A stretch of DNA of 64,000 nucleotides, taken from Chloroflexota bacterium (lineage in GTDB: Bacteria; Chloroflexota; Anaerolineae; UBA2200). The stretch is from contig JAUWJD010000012.1 of assembly GCA_030607875.1 (NCBI GenBank), forward strand, positions 11,130 through 75,129, in the 5' to 3' direction. Positions 59,352 through 64,000 of the stretch are shown here, one piece after another. Made by a program: the position numbers and the translations under genes. The notes under the pieces are model-generated. The model did not search any database. It was not told where the DNA came from and saw nothing but the letters and a program-made list of their open reading frames with translations. Within the stretch, counting starts at the first letter, position 1; the number at the start of each line of letters is the position of its first letter.

Positions 59352-60587
59352 CTACTCGTAAACCTTCTCTTCGCTCCGTTCCGCTTGTGCCGCATCGGGT
59401 TCCACATCGCGGCCGGCAGGACCCCGGCTGAGCAATTCCTTGTAGTACTCGTGCTGGATGACCAGATCCATGATCTCGTTTGTGCCAGTCCAGATCATGA
59501 TCAGGCGCGCATCGCGCAGCAGGCGCTCCACCGGATAGACGTCAGTGTAACCGATGCCACCCATGATCTGCATGGCGTGGTTCACCACCTGCCAGGCGGC
59601 CTCGGTGGCGAATTTCTTGGACTCGGAAACCAGGCGCCGCACGCGCGACGCATCTTTGTCCGTGTCTGCTGCGTGCGCAGTGGCGTAAATCAGGCTGCGG
59701 GCAGCGTCCAGCAGGGTGATGCTCTCTGCCACTTTGAAGCTGACGCCTTCAAAGGTGCGGATGGCAGCGCCAAAGGCTTTGCGTCGGTCGCTGTAGCGCG
59801 CTGCCACCTCCAGCGCAGCCCGTGCCAGCCCCACCGCGCCCGCAGCACTGGTCAGCCGTTCCGGCACCATCATGCGGTAAAAGATCTCTGCACCCCCGTT
59901 CTCACGGCCCACCAGGTTCTCCGCGGGCACACGCGCCTCGCGGAAGGTTATGCGGCCGGTACCTCCGCCTCGCGTGCCCATCAGCCCGTAGACGTGCTCG
60001 ACGTCCACGCCTGGCCCGCGATCCACCAGAAAAGCACTGATTCCCTTGCGTGGTGGCGCTTGTGGGTTGGTACGCGCATAGACCAGAAAGTAGTCAGCGC
60101 CTTCCGCCCCGACCACAAAGCGTTTCTGGCCCTGCAGGATGTATGCCTCCCCATCCCGGCGCGCCTGTGTCGTGGTGCCGAAGAAATCGGAGCCGCCACG
60201 CGGCTCGGTGAGCGCCTCGGCACAGGTCAGCTTGCCCTCCAGCGTTGGCCGCAGGTACTTCTCCTTTTGGGCTTCGGTGCCAAAGACGGAGATGGCCTCG
60301 CCGACGATGCTGGGCAGGCTGTAGAGGCAAGCCAGGCTGGTGCCCAGCACGCCGACTTCTTCGATGGCCACCACCTCTGATGTCCAGGGAAGCCCACGCC
60401 CACCCCATTGCGGCGCAAAGCGCAGGCCCAGCAGCTTGCGCCGTGCCGCATCCTCCACGTACTGCCGTGGGTAGCGCACCCGGTCGGCATCCATGTCCAG
60501 CAGCAGTTGCCGGGGCACGCTCTTGACGAACGCCCGCACCTCCTCACGCAGAGCGCGCTGTTCTTCGGTCAGCAGGGATTCGAGCAC
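59352..60587 (-). CDS. Acyl-CoA dehydrogenase family protein
   Basis: [10 protein letters not shown]; GQKRFV; RKAFG; [26 protein letters not shown]. Confidence 0.92.
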   Translation of the reverse strand: MLESLLTEEQRALREEVRAFVKSVPRQLLLDMDADRVRYPRQYVEDAARRKLLGLRFAPQWGGRGLPWTSEVVAIEEVGVLGTSLACLYSLPSIVGEAISVFGTEAQKEKYLRPTLEGKLTCAEALTEPRGGSDFFGTTTQARRDGEAYILQGQKRFVVGAEGADYFLVYARTNPQAPPRKGISAFLVDRGPGVDVEHVYGLMGTRGGGTGRITFREARVPAENLVGRENGGAEIFYRMMVPERLTSAAGAVGLARAALEVAARYSDRRKAFGAAIRTFEGVSFKVAESITLLDAARSLIYATAHAADTDKDASRVRRLVSESKKFATEAAWQVVNHAMQIMGGIGYTDVYPVERLLRDARLIMIWTGTNEIMDLVIQHEYYKELLSRGPAGRDVEPDAAQAERSEEKVYE

Positions 60588-60644
60588 GACAAACCTCCTC
60601 GTAAATGCCTCTGCCGCATGGGCGCCTATTGGCCCAATTGCGAA

Positions 60645-61763
60645 TCAGAAGACTCTGCCCAGGACGGGGACCTTTTTCAACAGCAGAACGCTAACTCCCC
60701 ATGAGAGCAGAATGGCAAGGGCAATTACCAAGACCGCCTTCAAGAGAAGTGGCAGCGCAATGCCCACAAAGACATAGGCCAGTGGGAACACAAAGACTGG
60801 ATGAACGTAGTACATGCTGTAAGAGCTGGCCGCTAGTCTTCCCCAGAGGGAATCGGAAGCCCCAGCCCGTCGCTGGAAGAACGCAACTCCAGCCAGCAGC
60901 GAGGACAAGCAGAAAGCATTGAAAAGTGCAGCATTTACGGCTTTGAGAGCTATTGTTGCCTGTGCAGCGGGCGCAACGCTCAGCCGGTAGCTCAGATACA
61001 GCGCTCCTGACAACGTACAGATAAGCGCCCAGGCATCGAAAGCTGGTTTGTACCCATCCGCTGTGAACCACGCATGCTCATAGGCATATATGCCCAGGAC
61101 AAAGTACCCGATGTACAGCGGCACTCTCAGCGGTTGGAAGACAAGGAGGTAGCCGAGTTTGATCCAGGTGTCGAGAGGGAAGGCCAGATTCATGTAGAAG
61201 AAGCCAGCAGTTGTGATGGCTGCGAATCCGGAGAACAGCATTGGGGAGGGGCTGGACGCCTCCTGGCGGATCGAACCATAGCGGTCATTCGCCTCATAGA
61301 GCACGGCCAGTGCCACAAACATGAGAAGAAGGACGCCTAGAAACCAGTACACTGTCTGCTGGTACATGTCTCCCCAGAAATCACTGATCCAGAACTGGAG
61401 CAGACTGACGGGGACGCCTCGGGAAAGGTAGGTAATGTACACAATCGGTGGGGCAAGCAGCAGTACTCCGAACATCCAGGGGATTCCGAGTCTCACCAAC
61501 TTGTCCCTCAGGAACAGCTTGGCTCCTCTTTTCTGCAGCGAAGGAAGCGCAAAGTAGCCGGCGACAAAGAACATGGCCGGCATGATCGGGACATCGATCA
61601 GCAACACCAGCGCGGTGAAGAATAGGCTGTTCGTGGGTTCAAGAACGTACCACCATGAGGGGGCGAGGGCCATGTACGTAACGGATCCGTGAAGCACGAT
61701 TACCAGCACGACCACAAATGCACGCAGGTGGTCCAGAGCATGTATACGGTTGGATGTGGGCAT
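60645..61763 (-). CDS. Acyltransferase-3 family membrane protein (OpgC/MdoC-like)
   Basis: RIHALDHLRA..LVIVLH; MPAMFFVAGYF; RLGIP; YWFL; SYSMYYVH. Confidence 0.85.
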   Translation of the reverse strand: MPTSNRIHALDHLRAFVVVLVIVLHGSVTYMALAPSWWYVLEPTNSLFFTALVLLIDVPIMPAMFFVAGYFALPSLQKRGAKLFLRDKLVRLGIPWMFGVLLLAPPIVYITYLSRGVPVSLLQFWISDFWGDMYQQTVYWFLGVLLLMFVALAVLYEANDRYGSIRQEASSPSPMLFSGFAAITTAGFFYMNLAFPLDTWIKLGYLLVFQPLRVPLYIGYFVLGIYAYEHAWFTADGYKPAFDAWALICTLSGALYLSYRLSVAPAAQATIALKAVNAALFNAFCLSSLLAGVAFFQRRAGASDSLWGRLAASSYSMYYVHPVFVFPLAYVFVGIALPLLLKAVLVIALAILLSWGVSVLLLKKVPVLGRVF

Positions 61764-61904
61764 TTCGTCTCCAGTCGACGATTTTGGCGCTTTGCGCGCT
61801 CAATTAGAGCGGTGAGCAGCCTCCATTGTTGTCCGCCTCATGCACATATCGTCCTTGTGCTCGCCTAGATTATAGCACAGTTCTTGCTGGTAACAACTTG
61901 ACAG

Positions 61905-62333
61905 TGCGCGGTGTCCAGGACATACTATACAGTTTTTGAAGTATGGTTACGTTCGGTGAGTACATCAGGAAAGCACTAGAATTGGCAGGAGTGAATGTTG
62001 AGGGTTTGAAGCTGAAACAGTATGAGGACTGGACACCATATCAGTGCACGGACAGCGAGGATCGACTACAAAGAGCTGCGGAAGACGAGCCCTGAAGCAG
62101 CGAGGAGAGTGGTGGCTGAGTACTGGAGGAGCGATGGTCACAACGTTTCTGTCGCTGCTCGCCTGTTTGGCATCAACCGTTGTGTAGTCTATGATATCCT
62201 CCGTAAGTGGGCGGAAGGCGACTTGCGAGAGCGACCGAAGACACCTAAACATCAACCGAACAAGACACCAGCGGGGGTTGAGGACAAAGTTATTGCGGCC
62301 AAGAACAAGACCAGGCTAGGACCGGAGCGGTTG
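61905..62333 (+). mobile_element. 5' fragment of an IS481-like element (HTH region of the transposase)
   Basis: NVSVAARLFGINRCVVYDILRK..LRERPKTPKHQPNKTP..EDKVI..GPERL; no integrase core follows. Confidence 0.7.
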
Positions 62334-63170
62334 ACTCGACTTGGCTTTGCCGAATGGGAGGCCAAGGTCTACCTCGCCCTGTTGCAGCGTAGCCCGGTCA
62401 CCGGCTATCAGGTGAGCAAAGACAGCGGCGTGCCTCGCTCCATGGTCTATCAGGTGCTGGGCAAACTGGTCAACCGCGGTGCTGCGCTGATCACGCATGA
62501 CGGCGACAGTGTCCTCTACGCTCCCGTACCGCCGCTGGAGCTGATGGAGCGGCTGTAGCGGGAACACACGCAGCTGACAGAGGGGCTCAAGCGCGACCTG
62601 GCGCAAGTTAGCCAGCATTCAGACGAGGAATATGTCTGGAGGCTCGAAGGCTACGAGAACGTCCTAGCCCGCGCCTGGAAGCTGGTCGAACGGGCCGAGC
62701 AGAACCTGTACGCGCAGATGTACGCGCAGGAATTCGAGCGCCTGCGCCCGGCCTTCGAAGCAGCCGCTGCACGTGGAGTTAGGGTAGGCCTGGCGACAAT
62801 TGGCTCCGTAGAATTCCCAAACGCCCGCGTGGTTGAGCTGCCGGTCACAGAAACCTTCAGCGAGGTGGCGACCTCTACCCTGCTGCTGGTCGCTGACCGC
62901 AACGAGATCTTGCTTGGTGAACTGGGGCCGACAGCACAAGCCCGGGCTTCATGGACGCGCAACCGCCACCTGGCGGCCATCGTCGAAGGGCACGTGCGGC
63001 GTACTCTACTCATCCCTCTCCTCAACCAACGGTTGGGCGTTGACGATGTGCTGGAGGTGATGCCGGGCGATGAACGTGAGCTGTCGGAAGCGCTTCTAGA
63101 TGGAGAGAAGCTGTCTCGCCTGCTGGAGAAGGTCGAGGACAGCTCTCATCGGCAACAAAGGGAGGAGTGA
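62325..63170 (+). pseudogene. TrmB-family transcriptional regulator with start replaced by IS sequence and an internal TAG
   Basis: RLTRLGFAEWEAKVYLALL..GYQVSKDSGVPRSMVYQVLGKL; TAG at 62556-62558; frame continues EEYVWRLEGYENV.. into ORF 62718-63170. Confidence 0.75.
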
Positions 63171-63425
63171 GTTGGTAGCGCGCAACTGGGGCGCCGGCCC
63201 TGTCTCACCCAGTCCTGGCCCGACAGGGCTGAGGCACGGCCACTACGAACTCAAGCTACATCATTTTCACGGAAGGAGGTGTGGAATGGTGCTGAGGACT
63301 CTGTGGCGACGGAAGACGAGGACCTTGCGTGGCAGCAAAGCTACTGGAGTTTGCCACCAGGGGGACCACGGTGGGGTTCTAGGAGCTGCTCATCTTGTGG
63401 ACAGTGCGCAGAGGGGGTTGAAATC

Positions 63426-64000
63426 ATGTCACTTCAAGGTGCTATCAGGAGCCAACTGAAAAGACTGCTGGGTATCAGTGGTGATCTCGTGCTGGAGCGT
63501 CGGGTTCCGATGCTTGCCTGCCGGCTGCAGGACGTCGACGAACTCGGCCTCTATCTGCACATCCCGTTCTGCCGCCAGATTTGCCCCTACTGTCCCTATA
63601 ACAAAGAGCTCTATCATCCTGAGGTGGCCGAGAGGTACGCCAAGGCTGTCATGCGAGAGGTCGACATCTACGCTGCAATGCTGGGCAACAAGCCAGTCAC
63701 CTCCTTTTACATTGGCGGCGGAACACCGACAACTATGCTTCACAGCGGCCTGCCTCAGATCCTCGAGCACATCCATCGGTCTTTGCGTATGGAGTGTGAC
63801 GTGCATATGGAGAGCCATCCCAATGATCTGAGCCGGGAAAACATTGATGCCATCCTCTCCTTGGGTGTGAAGCACCTAAGCACGGGCGTGGAAGCTGTCC
63901 AAGACCATCACCTGAGGACACTGCACAGGCCATACACGGCCGAGGAAGGGCGCGCAGCGGTTGAGCGAGTCGTTGGCAGGGGCTTCCGATGCGTCAATGT
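63426..64000 (+). CDS. HemN/HemW-like radical SAM protein (3'-truncated by window edge)
   Basis: LGLYLHIPFCRQICPYCPY (CxxxCxxC); YIGGGTPT; MESHP; LSTGVE; ATG at 63426 with a GAGGGGG RBS. Confidence 0.85.
   Translation, partial: MSLQGAIRSQLKRLLGISGDLVLERRVPMLACRLQDVDELGLYLHIPFCRQICPYCPYNKELYHPEVAERYAKAVMREVDIYAAMLGNKPVTSFYIGGGTPTTMLHSGLPQILEHIHRSLRMECDVHMESHPNDLSRENIDAILSLGVKHLSTGVEAVQDHHLRTLHRPYTAEEGRAAVERVVGRGFRCVN

Noticed and set aside
62556-62558. Pyrrolysine read-through of the TAG in the TrmB gene
   Set aside because: The position is a non-catalytic linker helix, the gene's start is already disrupted by an IS, no pyl genes are in view, and a CAG-to-TAG nonsense change is simpler.

Overview
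GC-rich bacterial chromosome segment. Gene content and Pro/Thr-linker secreted proteins ending in an (F/Y)LPI motif suggest an anaerobic Chloroflexota (Anaerolineae-like) host, but this is inference. Most of the window is housekeeping and metabolism: ltaE, glpD, metG, ligA, apt, a four-subunit 2-oxoacid:ferredoxin oxidoreductase operon, upp, tpiA, hpt, an rlmI-like gene, tilS, cutA and two two-component systems. It is scattered with REP-like palindromes and decayed IS or gene remnants. The main highlights are: (1) metG is an otherwise intact, T-box-controlled gene with a single in-frame TGA (19935-19937) exactly at the third zinc-ligand Cys of the CCCH knuckle, followed by a SECIS-like hairpin, making it a candidate selenocysteine-containing methionyl-tRNA synthetase. 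(2) A ~1490-aa bacterial SAMD9/9L-like STAND protein has an N-terminal kinase-like effector domain and is a candidate anti-phage system. (3) Palindromic selfish elements sit inside stem II of the Met T-box and in frame inside an O-antigen-ligase-family gene. (4) A CxxCH putative cytochrome and a glycoside hydrolase share a dockerin-like C-terminal module. No rRNA, tRNA or CRISPR array was seen. All calls come from reading motifs by eye; no database search or folding computation was run.
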